A stretch of DNA of 62,906 nucleotides, filler included, from Chiloscyllium plagiosum (GCF_004010195.1; 5 parts of one record of this genome joined end to end with filler, not necessarily neighbours in it); one strand, 5' to 3'; shown: positions 12,161 to 24,034, counted from the first letter of the whole stretch. The notes: generated by a model not told the origin, from the sequence alone. Program-made: numbers and translations.

Positions 12161-13919
12161 AGTTGCTAATATTTTTTACAAATCTGTTCTGATCTTTTCC
12201 TGTGATTTCTTCTGTCCTATTACCTATTTTAGGAGTAACTGATTTTAATTTATTTTACACGCAGCTCAGTGGCTTTAGAGGCAATTTTGGAATTGTATTC
12301 TGCAGGTTTACTTATTAGAGTTGTCACCAGTTGTTCTTTGAAATGAGATAACAGGAAATAAGAAGGTTCTGTCCTGCAGCCAGAATTATTTCTGTTTCTA
12401 GGCCAGAAGCTCTGAGGACTGGATGACCAAAAGAGGGGCGCTAATAACATGGCCAGATACATGTCAATTTGTAAATCCTTCCATCACACACCAGTGGCAA
12501 GTGTTCTGAGTGGGAATGATTCCTGGGGAGACTTATGCTATAAAGAAATTGACCAACAGAACAGAGAACACTACAGCACAGTGACAGGCCCTTTGGCCTA
12601 CCAACCTGCACCCACACATGATGCCTTTGTGAATTAAACATTCTCCTTGTCTTCTTAATCAATTGCTGCACATACAGAGTCATTTTATGAAGGTTCTACC
12701 AGCCCCCTCCATTTCAATAAAATGCTAGTCTTCTCTTTCTTCTAATAAAAGAAGTCACATTTTCATCATTGACTCCTTCCCCCTCACTTCCCATGATTTG
12801 CAGACCCCTTACATCATCTTCACTATTTACTTTCGAACCTATCATTGCAAAATGTATTGCTTACTTGTTAAATCTAAGACTGACCTGATCTGATGACTTC
12901 TGGAAATCCAAATATCCTTCTGTCCCTCTCTATCCCTTGGCTCAATGTATGTGCCTGTTTCTCTCCACCAGAACAACCCAGAATCCTTGCAGTGCTGGTT
13001 AGCTCAATTGGTTAGCTGGCTGGTATAGATGTGATTGGTGCCAATATCATCAGCTTCAACCCTGTTTTGGCAGAACCGAGTTCATAGACCTCCTTCCCCT
13101 ACCCACTGCAGCGCGGGGGAGCTCCTGATGTTAAGCAGATGGAAGTTTTCACACCTTGCTGCTAATATCCCAAGAATATTTCAATTTCCTTCCTGTAATC
13201 AGCTACAGTCACCATTTCTATTACTGATCGTTTGTAGTCAGCTGTGAGGAAGTTAACTAGCAAGAACCATAGTTGGATATGTCAATTCTAGATCTCCTTG
13301 GCTTCCTTATTTTCATTTTTCTTGAAAAGGCTACAAGTATCCATCCAAGGGTCGTGTACTGAAATATCTTTTTCCCAAAATTTGATACTCAATGTAATGT
13401 TATGGGCTCTGCACTCATACTTATTTCATAACAGCCTGGCTGAGCTCAGGAACATTACTTGAGTGGTTAAAGTAACCTCCAGAGCATCTGCTCTACATAT
13501 ATAATATATATATAGCACTGTCACTCTACATATATAATATATATATAGCCCCTCTCTATTTTTAACTACTGTACTCCATTGATGTTTCTGATATGGTATT
13601 GACATTTTGCTGAATGGAATGTCTCTGGGCCCATGTGTTCTGTTTGTCTGAATCTACAGTAAACTTTGACTTTGGCTGCAGCACAGTGTAATGAAATAGA
13701 AAATCTGCCAGTTTTATCATTTGTTATTGTGTATGGAATTCTAAATTCATCTGATAATGATTAACTTAAGGTTTGCTGGTTTAATTTGTAAGATTTTATT
13801 ACTTTCCCTCTGCTGTCACATGTCTATGAAAACATCTATTCAATTCAGAATGGCTTTATCTCTCTGTGGTAAACAGGGGGAGCGCTTGGTATTCCTAGCG
13901 TTGTATTCTTGAATCAGTT

Positions 13920-14478
13920 CCTCAATGCTGGCGATGTTGGCTTGGTTGAGGACATTGGTGTTGGTGCATCTTTCTCCCCAGTGGATTCGTAGGATATTGT
14001 GCAGACAGTGTTGGTGGGACCTGCTCCAGCCTTGATCTGCTGCGATGGGCTGGGCATGTGGTCCCCATGACCAACACAAGGCTCCCCAAGCAGGTCCTGT
14101 ACTCCCAGCTCCAAAACAACAGGTGAGCCCCAGGTGGACAGAGGATGCACTTCAGGGATACCCTCAAGGCCTCACTGGGGAAGTGCAGCATTCCCACAGA
14201 CACCTGGGAATGACTGGCCCCAGACTATCCAAGTGGAGGAGGACCATCTGGGAAGTGTCAAGCACCTCAAGACTCGCCATCAGGAAAAAAGTGAAATCCA
14301 GGTGGAAATAGTGCAAGGAGTGTGCTGCCACACCAATGCCCCATCCACCCCCTTCCCATGACCACTTCCTGCCCCAAGTGTAAATGCAGTATCCATAACA
14401 GTCTGACAACCACCTATGGACACACCCTGAGAGTGGACGAGAGTCATCCTCATCTATGAGGGGCCGCTGATGAATGAA
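13920..14478 (+). mobile_element. RTE-clade LINE 3' fragment with an inverted 5' segment (13920-14030 on the minus strand)
   Basis: Plus strand from 14031: LDLLRWAGHVVPMTNTRLPKQVLYSQL..GGQRMHFRDTLKASL..KWRRTIWE. Minus strand: HQHCLHNILRIHWGERCTNTNVLNQANIASIE. The tail is TGATGAATGAAT. Confidence 0.85.
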
Positions 14479-14542
14479 TAAATTCTTGACTGACCAACTG
14501 AAATGATATGTGGTACCATTCTGTGTTCCAGAAATTAAGTCA

Positions 14543-14622
14543 AAAATCACACAAAGCCAGGTTATAGTTCAATGGGTTTGTTTGAAAACATTAGCTTTTG
14601 GAGCACTGCTCCTTTATCAGGC
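14543..14622 (-). mobile_element. Penelope-like terminus with a degenerate hammerhead motif
   Basis: Reverse complement CCTGATAAAGGAGCAGTGCTCCAAAAGCTA. Paralogue of 38424-38506. Confidence 0.6.
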
Positions 14623-17600
14623 ACCTCTACATCCAAAAATTAGCACAAGCTAAGTGACCTTTCTGGCAAAGTCTGCTCAGTTGAATGGTAGATTTTGGAA
14701 ATTAGGTGAAAGGATTTATTTACCTTACAATTACATATTCTAAAGGGATTGCTCTTCACTCTGAAAATAATAATCAGACATTTTCTCACTTTCTCCCTGT
14801 CCCCTGAAAATCAACACTAAAAGAGTGCTGTGCCAATAAGAACGATTTGTTTGAAGTGTGCATTTTTGCCTTTCACTGTTGATTGCCATCATTTGAACAC
14901 TAAACCAGTGTATTTAGTTCTGAAGCTGTGTTCAAAGCCATTTTTCATGGAGCAATATAATTGGATTCTGAATTTTACAGAGACATTGAACCTCTCATCA
15001 GAGTTTGTGTGAGTTGATATGTTGTTGCCTTCCTTGTCACACCTATATATTTTTAGTGTAGAGTAGCACAATCCTTTTCAGAAAATGTTCAGAATTATTG
15101 TTCAAAGAATGTTGCTGAAATTTTGATAAACTGTCCCAGGAAGTCTGCTAATGTGTTTCAAATATCCTTTTCATACCATTGCCAGTGATCAATGGAAAGT
15201 AATATGTTTATGAGGATTCTCAGTAAAAGCTGTTATGAGTGAGTATTATGTCAGTGCTATCCAACATGATGCTGTGTAACTTGACGAATGAAAGCTGACA
15301 GCCAATTAACGCTGTAAACTGAGCCTTCCTAATAATCCCAGTGACTGTTTCTGGCATGTGCTTTAACTCCTTTCCCGTGCTGGCACCATGTGATAAATGA
15401 GGATAAAGCCGTGTTGCAGGTGAAGACCATAACTTGGTGACCTTGGAGATTCTTTAGCAGCTAAAGGACCTGGGCTGAAGCACCTTTACCCAATGGTTTA
15501 AAATAGATTGGACACCTCCCCCCCCCACCCCAGCCAAATGTTGTACACCATTCTGAAAGCAGCAATAGGCAAATTGGGTTTGCTGCAGTTCATGTTTGAT
15601 TTAAAATAAAGATATTTTCTTCCACTCTTTCTGGGCAATTCACAACTTAATGTAATCAACCTAGTGCAGCTGTTCCTCAGTGGGTCGTGTCCCTGCATCT
15701 GAGCCAGAAGCTCTGGTCTTGTGTTGGCCATAGAAGGTGCAATAAAATTGTGGCTACCCAGGTTGTTTGCCAATGTATCAATCCTTCCAGAACTCTAATG
15801 GTAGGCAGTGAGAGTAGTAATTCCATGGTCAGCCATGTGCAGAAGTCAGCTGTGGACTACTGCCCTACCTCACCAAGCATAATGACAGATCGATAATAAG
15901 TCAAATGGAAGTCCATAGTTGCCAAAGGCCTCTTAGGGCATGGTAACTGAAGAGATACTGTGTATGCAGAATTGATGAATATACCCATGTCCTCCCCTCC
16001 AACAGTGTGATGTACATACAGCTAGCACATTGGGTTGTCAACTCATGAGCACTTTTATGCTTTGTTTTGAAAGTCAACCGGAAATTCAATTACAGTTCAA
16101 GTGAATCTTTGCATAATCCATTAACAAATCGTCTCCATAATGGTCACATATTGACAAAACAAGTCACTATTTACAAATATAGGGTTGTTTACTAGGTTTA
16201 GTGGCTTGTTCTGCTCTGCTGAACAACAGTGGGTTAAACATCTGGAAAAAGATGCATGAACCACACGCAAGTTGAATTGTAATTTGCCTTAATAGCAGCT
16301 GCAGAATTCCTTTCAAATGCAGCCTTCTAAAGTTGGGTATTTCTTAAGTCTGTGGTGGATAGCTTTCAGTCCTATATTACTGAAACTGCTTCAGTAACTT
16401 GCCTTTGTAATTTGAGAGAGAAGTTTGTTTTACCAACTACTTCACAGATGAAACTGGCTTTGGAGGACGCAGTGTACATTCTTTTCTTCAAACAATGTGC
16501 CAAAAACATCTTAGTTCCTCAACCATTTGCCTGACTCCAAGGAAGATGAGATGTTTGAAGGACATCAGCTTTTGCTTTCAGTGGTTTTTTTTGGGAAATT
16601 AAAAAGCAGAAAAACAACAGGCACCTGGAGAGCAGCCAGCTACAACACTATATCATTTAGAAATGCAAAAAGGACTTTGAGGACGCAGTGTGCTGTTGGT
16701 GTAATGCTACAGATTTGGAGAGCTTGGTATTGTTAGCAGCACTTTCCTACAGGTTGGTAAATACGGTTTTAAAGGATTGAGATGTCACTCTTTCTAATTT
16801 GATAAGTAGTTCAACTTAACCTTTTGTGGACTGCTACAGTCTATCCATCTCGCAAAATACATTTAATGGTGATAAGCTGCATATTTAGAATTTTATGTTT
16901 TACTTGGCTTGTCTATGAAATAGAGTTTTTGTCATTTGCCTACAAGGGAGTTTTTATTTGTAGTCTTTAACATTTATGTGCTTTTAAAAACGTGCTATTT
17001 TCAAGAACCATAAAATTCATGTAAAAATGGGACGTACACCAGGCAGTAGACTGCGCCAATTCTGTTGCCAGATAATGTTCTTGTTGAGGTTAAATCGCTG
17101 GAAACTGAACCAATTCAAATTCTTATTTTGCCTTGTAGGAAAATATTTGCTTCGGTAACAATCCAGTGCCCACGTATTTCAGTTTATTTACGCTCCATAA
17201 ATGGATAAATTGCATCCATAAGCCAAACAGACCCAAACTGAGAAAATACTGAAATTTAAATTTCGATGTAATTCAGAGCAATTCAGATTCAGAAGTCACT
17301 TTGCACCTCCTGAGTGATTTATATGTTTACTTATCCTTTCATTCAAATGTATTGGGACCAATTGTATTCATTCCTGTAAATAATCATTTTCGTTACTAAA
17401 TCAAGGCATTATGTTCCTCAGATTGTACATTTTGTCCTGTTTATAGCCCAATTAACAGTGTACACTATTGCATTATGCCTTGTGTCATTACTAATCATTG
17501 CTGGTTGCTTTTTCTCAAAATTTAACCAACTAAAATTACCCTTTTTTTCATTTCAGTGCCATGTTTACAGTTAATTTATATGACTACATTAGGGTATTCA

Positions 17601-18933
17601 ATTTGTGAACATTTCAAAACCATTCAAAACTGAGTCAAACCCCAAAAAAGCTGAATGTAATTTAGCAACCAGTCATCATGATGTAAGATACTCTTGTGAT
17701 TATAATGGTGAACAGGAGGTTCTTTCATGGCGATTGCAGGAGAACAACATCAACACCTAGGTACCATTTTTCCCACAGTGTCACTGCAAGTGGCCATAGC
17801 AAATTGTCACGATTGAATGCTTAAATGCTGTGTATCAAGGAGTTTCCATATTATTTATTAATGTAAAGATTGTTAATTTAGTGATATGTGTTTTGAAAGC
17901 TGCCAGGAAAGGTGGTATTAAAATTTTGCTTTACGTTTAACAATATCAGATTTGGAAAATAGCAGTGGATTTAATGCACATTATTGGATGATATTTGAAA
18001 ATCTCATTCAATTGTGAAGTATCATATTCCAATATAGTAATGGAGTTATGTAAAAGTAGATGACAACATATTCCCTGATGTGCATTAATGCAGAATCTGA
18101 ATCAGTTCCTATTGCTTACATTAATTGAAATGGTTTTTAGTTAAAAACGTAATCAGATTGTTTAAGCAGTAAAAAGCATCAAGTTACAATGGTGTTGCCT
18201 CAATTTCATTGCATGAGCTTACAATTTCCATTTTATCTTTCAAATTATTCTGAGGTGTCAAACATCTATTAATAGGTTCTCAGAATTTGCTGTACTTCCT
18301 AAAGTGTGCAACCAAAATTGAAAGATTTTTTAAAAAAAGAATGCTTTTATGTTTAACAAAAAACACTAAAGAGTTAATTCCTGAAGCAGACAGGAAGTGA
18401 TGAGCAATATTCTTGGGAAGAATTGCAGTGTTCTGTGAAACACATTGAGTTTCCATCAGTTTTTGGCAGGAGTAGTTATATTCAGTCACACACAAACTGA
18501 ACCTTAACCTCAATCTTGATCAAGGATCCAAACAGAAAAAGCCTGTAGTCACTTTGCAATGTTTGATTTGTGATTCAGTATCCAGTGTTTTTGTTTAGTT
18601 TTCTAGAAAATGCATTCATTCTTCTTGTCCCTGCTGAGAGCTGTGTGTTTGTGTGAATCATAAAACAGATGAACTAGTCATTCATCTCATTGTGGGTTCA
18701 GAATGGCTGCCCTATTCGCCAGCCCGTCCTTGTGAAAGTAGTACTGTATATTTTGTGGAGATTTCTGAGACATTTTACATGAGTAAAGCCCTTTAGAAAT
18801 GTGAGTATTTGCAGCTTTTGTGACTAGAGTAATTGTAGATCATTAATTGTCATTGAATCATCTCAGATGTAATGGGAAACAGTTTACCCACCATTTCTTG
18901 TATTGGCAAAGGCCATTCGGCCCATCGAGTCCA

Positions 18934-19361
18934 CATGGATTTAGTAAGGGGAGGTCGTGCCTGACAAACCTGTTGGAATTCTTTGAAGAGGTGACAAGTA
19001 GGTTAGACCAGGGAAACCCAGTGGATGTGGTCTGCCTAGACTTCCAAAAGGCCTTTGATAAAGTGCCACACGGGAGGCTGCTGAGTAAGGTGAGGGCCCA
19101 TGGTGTTCGAGGTGAGCTACTGGTATGGATTGAGGATTGGCTGTCTGACAGAAGGCAGAGAGTCAGGATAAACGGTTCTTTTTAGGAATGGCAGCCAGTG
19201 ACAAGCGGTGTCCCGTAGGGTTCAGTGTTGGGGCCGCAGCTGTTCACATTATATATTAATGATCTGGATGAAGGAAGTGGGGGCATTCTAGCGAAGTTTG
19301 CCGATGATACAAAGTTAGGTGGACAGGAAGGTAGTACTGAGGAAGTGGGGAGGCTGCAGAA
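18934..19361 (+). mobile_element. CR1 RT fragment, ending at a gap
   Basis: HGFSKGRSCLTNLLEFFEEVT..LDFQKAFDKVPH and [19 protein letters not shown]. Confidence 0.95.
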
Positions 19362-19461
19362 NNNNNNNNNNNNNNNNNNNNNNNNNNNNNNNNNNNNNNN
19401 NNNNNTTAATTAATTAANNNNNNNNNNNNNNNNNNNNNNNNNNNNNNNNNNNNNNNNNNNN
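19362..19461. other. Scaffold gap with TTAATTAATTAA linker
   Basis: 44 N + linker (19406-19417) + 44 N. Confidence 0.97.
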
Positions 19462-19638
19462 AGGGTTGAGTGATTACGGCGTTGAGTGATTAGGGGGTAG
19501 AGTGAATAGAGGGTTGAGTGATTACGGGGGTTGAGTGATTAGGGGTTTGAGTGATTAGTGGTTTGAGTGAATAGGGGGTTGAGTGATTACGGCGTTGAGT
19601 GATTAGGGGGTAGAGTGAATAGGGGGTAGAGTGAATAG
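19462..19638. repeat. Minisatellite, about 16-18-bp units with a GGG(T/A)GAGTGA(T/A)TA core
   Basis: About 10 visible units running directly into CR1 sequence. Confidence 0.9.
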
Positions 19639-20000
19639 GTAGAAACTTGGCAAATGGAGTGTAATGCAGGAAAGTGTGAGCGCCTGCACTTTGGAGCAAG
19701 AATTAAAAGGCAAAATATTATTTAAATTAAGAGAGAATCCAAAAAAGTGCAGCACAAAGGGATCTGAGTGTCCTCGTGCTTGAATCACAAACAGTTAGCA
19801 TGCAAGTAATTAAGAAGGTAAATAGAATTTTAGCCTTTATTTGTTCTGAGAATGGAGTATAAAAATAAATCTTGTTACATCTGTATGGATGTTGGTGAAG
19901 GCTGAATACTGTGTGCAGCTTTAGAACCCGTATAATAAAATATATCTACTAGCAATGGAGATAGTTCAGAAGGGTTTCAGTTGGCCGAATCCTGGAATGA

Positions 20001-20234
20001 GTTGAAAGTGTGGTGCTGGAAAAGCACAGCAGGTCAGGCAGCATCCGAGGAGCAGGAGAGTCGACGTTTCGGGCATAACCCCTTCATCAGGAATGAGGCT
20101 TGTGGGCCTGATGAAGGGCTTATGCTTCAGACTTAAATTTTCCTGCTCCTCGGATGCTGCCTGACCTGCTGTGCTTTTCCAGCACCACACTCTCAACTCT
20201 GACTCCCAGCATCTGCAGACCTCACTTTCTCCTC
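20001..20234. mobile_element. Short palindromic Penelope-derived insertion with TSD
   Basis: Inverted arms at about 19999-20091 and 20107-20199. TCCTGGAATGA is duplicated at 19990-20000 and 20240-20250. Confidence 0.85.
20059..20094 (-). ncRNA. Minimal type I hammerhead ribozyme motif
   Basis: Reverse complement ATTC CTGATGA A GGG GTTATG CCC GAAAC GTC GACT. The core is intact, with one stem I mismatch. Confidence 0.65.
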
Positions 20235-20561
20235 CTGATTCCTGGAATGAAACAGTTGACTTATCAAGAAGAACTAAGCAGATCGGACCTTTATTCATGA
20301 CAGTTTAGAAGAATGAGGGCCGATCTTAATAAAACGTACAAGATTCACAGCTTACAAGGTAGATATTGAGAAGATTTTTCCACCTATGGGGATATCTCAA
20401 AGTAGGGAACACAGGTGGAAAAATCTTCTCAATATCTACCTTATAGAATAAGGGACATTCATTTAAAAACGAAATGCAAAGAAATGTCTTCTCTCAGAGA
20501 TAGACAACATGTAGAGGAGCTGGTGTTGAACTGGGGTGGACAATGTCAGAAGTCACATGAC

Positions 20562-20902
20562 ACCAGGTAGACAGGGTGGTGAGAGTTGCAGGTAGACAGG
20601 GTGGTGAAAGTAGACTCGCAGGTAGACAGGGTGGTGAGAGTCGCAGGTAGACAGGGTGATGAGAGTCGCAGGTAGACAGGGTGATGAGAGTTGCAGGTAG
20701 ACAGGGTGGTGAGAGTAGACTCGCAGGTAGACAGGGTGGTGAGAGTAGACTCGCAGGTAGACAGGGTGGTGAGAGTCGCAGGTAGACAGGGTGGTGAGAA
20801 TCGCAGGTAGACAGGGTGGTGAGAGTAGAGTCGCAGGTAGACAGGGTGGTGAAAGTCGAGGGTAGACAGGGTGGTGAAAGTCGAGGGTAGACAGGGTGGT
20901 GA
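20562..20902. repeat. Minisatellite, 22/25/31-bp units (GCAGGTAGACAGGGTGGTGAGAGTC)
   Basis: About 13 units. The last unit continues as CR1 coding sequence (VDRVVKK). Confidence 0.93.
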
Positions 20903-21870
20903 AGAAGGTGTTTGGCACTCTTGCATTCATTGGTTAGTACATTGAGTACAGGAGTTGAGAGGTCATGTTGCAGCTGTACAGGACATTAGATAGGACACTT
21001 TTGGAACATTGTGTACAAATCTGGTCTCTCTGCTATAGGAAAGATGTTGTGAAATTTGTAAGGACTCAGAAAAGATTTATGAGGATGTTGTCAGGACTGA
21101 AAGATTTGTGTTATAGGGAGAGGCGGAATAGGCTGGGGCTGTTTTCCCTGGAGCTTCGAAGGCTGAGGGGTGACCTTCTCAAGGTTTATAAAATCATGAG
21201 GGGCATGGACAGGGTAAATAGACTAAGGTATTTTTCCTTGGGTGGGGGAGTCCAAAACTAGATGGGTGGGAGGGACAAGATTTGAAAGGGACCTAAGAGA
21301 TAATCTTTTTACACAGAGGGTGGTATGTGCCTGAAACGAGTTGCCAGAGGGTGGCACGGTGGCTCGGTAGTTAGCAATGCTGCCAGGGACCCGGGTTTGA
21401 TTCCAGCCTCGGGTGACTGTCTGTCTGTGTGGAGTTTGCACGTTCTCCCCGTGTCTGCGTGAGTTTCCTCCGGGTGCTCCGGTTTCCTCCTGCAGTCCAA
21501 AGGTATGCAGGTCAGGTGAATTGGCCATGCTAAATTGCCCGTAGTGGTCAGGGACATGTAGGTTAGTTGCATTTGTCAGGGGTAAATATAGTGTAGGGAA
21601 TGAATCTGTGTGGGTTACTCTTCAGAGGGTCGGTGTGGACTTGTTGGGCCGAAGGGCCTGTTTCCACACTGTAGGGATTCTATGAGGAAGTGGTGGAGGC
21701 TGGTACAAGTACAACATTTAAAAAGCATTTGGATGGGTATCTGAATAGGAAGGGTTTAGAGGGATATGGGCCAAAAGCTGACAAACGGGACTTTGTCAGA
21801 TTGGGATATCAGGTCGGCATGAATGAGTTGGACCGAAAGGTCTATTTCCGTGCTGTATGACTCTACCATT
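20880..21870 (+). mobile_element. CR1/HER1-type 3' fragment with a nested SINE
   Basis: ORF 20965..21261 MLQLYRTL..LEHCVQIWS..RLRGDLLKVYKIM, and a TATGACTCT tail. Confidence 0.92.
21349..21684 (+). mobile_element. HE1-type SINE nested in the CR1
   Basis: GGTGGCACGGTGGCTCGGTAGTTAGC head and TGTGGAGTTTGCACG core. The CR1 TTGCCAGAG|GAAGTGG is split by it. Confidence 0.92.
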
Positions 21871-23033
21871 TCTGACCACTTGGAGGAGAACTTGAGCACA
21901 GTAGGTGAAGCTGCCTCTCCCTGTTGCATTTTCACCATCAAACAAACTGAACAGTTTTGGCAACACAGTTCCCACTTCCAATTATCACCTTAATCTAACT
22001 TAAGACTTGGATCTGACTTGAATTTACGAGTGTTGCCCAATCGATGTTTTTCTTCCCATGTCTCTGTTGAGTTGTTCTTCCTGGTTCTTCTGGGAGTTGG
22101 GATATAGCAGTGATCTGTGAGTGTAACACTTATGTAATACCATCTGAAGGGAGAAGAGGTGTGGTTACAGTGCGGCGAGTTGGCCATACTTTAACTTTTT
22201 TGATTGCTGCTTGACTGTCTTGCTATTTGAATGTCTCCGGATAAAGCGTAACACTGTTGATATATGAAGATTCCAGCTCTTAACTCTCACAGTCTGTAGA
22301 AGGAGCATAGAAATGTAGAAAAGATCATCTGTAAGTGTCTTTATTTTGGAAACAAATTCGAGTATTTTTGATCCTGTGTTGTCATTTGGCAAAAATCCAA
22401 TCCAATGCTCGAACTTAATTGGATTTGAAAGTAATCACAATTATAGACTCGACTCATCTGTATTTCTGGCAATTGTAGAATAAATTTGCAACTCGTTTAA
22501 TGGTAACCTTTGCATTTCTCAATCAGTTCCGTCAGGGACATGAATTCTTTATATTTGACCAGCTTCCTTCTCACAGGTGTGGAGGCTGTACATGTTTCAC
22601 TCCTACGCACAAGTAGTATTCAAGTTAAGCAAGACAAAGACATCTGTACAAGCAGGGCAGAGAGTAATGACGCAATATTTAAATATTATCGGTGCTGCTC
22701 AGTGTCAATGTGGTGTCAAGAATCCAAAGATTTTATTCCTCTTAAAGAGATTCTGGCTGCATTAAAGAGTTTTATGAGATGTTTATTTGGGTTTGGACGT
22801 GTAAGAATGAGAGTTTCATTGTACTTGTTGCCAACAAAGTAACTGCTCAGCTGTGTGCTTACTGGTTCTGTAAGCAAGTCTAGACACACATCTGACCTTC
22901 TTTAATTGTAACTGCAACAACAAAAATGCCAGCTAACATCATGTCTGGATTTGTTGCGTGTGAAGTATTAAGATTTGTAATGTGTAAAATACCAGCTTCT
23001 AAAGATAGGTAAACAAAATCTCTCATGTTTCAG

Positions 23034-23043
23034 ACCTGGAGAG
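23034..23043 (+). other. Candidate exon 3' end (GAG|GTAAGT); 5' boundary uncertain
   Basis: Consensus donor at 23044. The nearest acceptor, TTTCAG (23028-23033), would give a 10-nt exon. A strong acceptor also exists at about 22576. Confidence 0.4.
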
Positions 23044-23131
23044 GTAAGTTTTTATTTTAATCTCTACTGTGTAACTTCCAATGTTTTGCACATATATGTG
23101 ATACTTTTCCTATTAACTGCTCCTGTCTCAG

Positions 23132-23221
23132 TTAAATCTGAAGAGAAGTGGGTATCTCACTGAATGCGGTACCACTGGGTATTTTTGAGCCATTACCAGT
23201 GTCAGTAGAAGTCTGTGAATG
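23132..23221 (+). other. Candidate 90-nt non-coding/5'-UTR exon ending in ATG
   Basis: Preceded by an 88-nt GT..AG intron (23044-23131) with an ATTAAC branch-like site and the tract CTCCTGTCTCAG. It ends ATG|GTAAGT and has stops in all three frames. Confidence 0.5.
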
Positions 23222-24034
23222 GTAAGTGCAATTGTGATAAAATCAATATTCCAGCTCTTTTCATTGACATGCTTATGTTTTCTGATTCAATTCATTCCCT
23301 ACTGATTTTATCATTAGTTTATTGATGTCGGTTTGCATTGATTAAGCTTACTATTTTCAAAGTTGAGGAGTTCTGTTTCACTGTGGTTTATTACAATTAG
23401 TGGTTAGTAGTTGCACAACTGCTGCCTGTCTGAATGTGCAGAGACAGACAAAAGGTACTGGAAATAGCCACTACGCGTATGTGAGGTTAGACATCAGTCA
23501 TTTTATATAACAAATATTAAAAGTTGATTTTCAAGTGACTTAACTTCTGTAACTTCTGATATACTTAAGTGAACCCACCACCTCACTGTTATGGATCGTG
23601 ACTGTTCTCTCCAAGCTATCAACTCCAAAGCTGCTTTGAAATGGATATCAAGTTTTTAGATTTTATTCTCTGACCTACTTATGGGGAATGAGATTGGAAA
23701 TATAATTTTATGAACACGCTGAGATTATTGTATGATCCTTATTTTTGATTCTGCCATGTAGTTTTCTGATGGGTTCTATTCTTGGCAGTATCAATTCTAA
23801 AACTGCATGTTTTGTAAGGTGCTTTGTTTAGAGGTTGTCTTGTTAAGATCTGTTATTATTAATACAGAGGCTGATGTATCTTTTTATTGTATTACCTGTA
23901 CGTGATGCAGAATAATAACTGGCTAGAAAGCTTTTTGTACCACGTGAGGTACACACCATTTAAAATGATTAACTTGAATAATTCCTACTCTAACAAAGAG
24001 TCACCTGAATTCGAAGCAATATCTTACTCTATTC

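Larger units (their letters stand above)
19630..20510 (+). mobile_element. Older CR1 3' part, interrupted by a Penelope-derived insertion
   Basis: TWQMECNAGKCE, RDLSVLV, EYCVQ and RMRADLNKTYKI motifs. Confidence 0.85.

Noticed and set aside
12424..12443. CTCF-like word TGACCAAAAGAGGGGCGCTA
   Set aside because: It is out of register by one base and has several mismatches to the CCASYAGRKGGCRS consensus.
16527..16760. 69-aa ORF and possible donor (CTACAG|GTTGGT) as a first coding exon
   Set aside because: The frame terminates before the donor, and there is no recognisable similarity to a known N-terminus.
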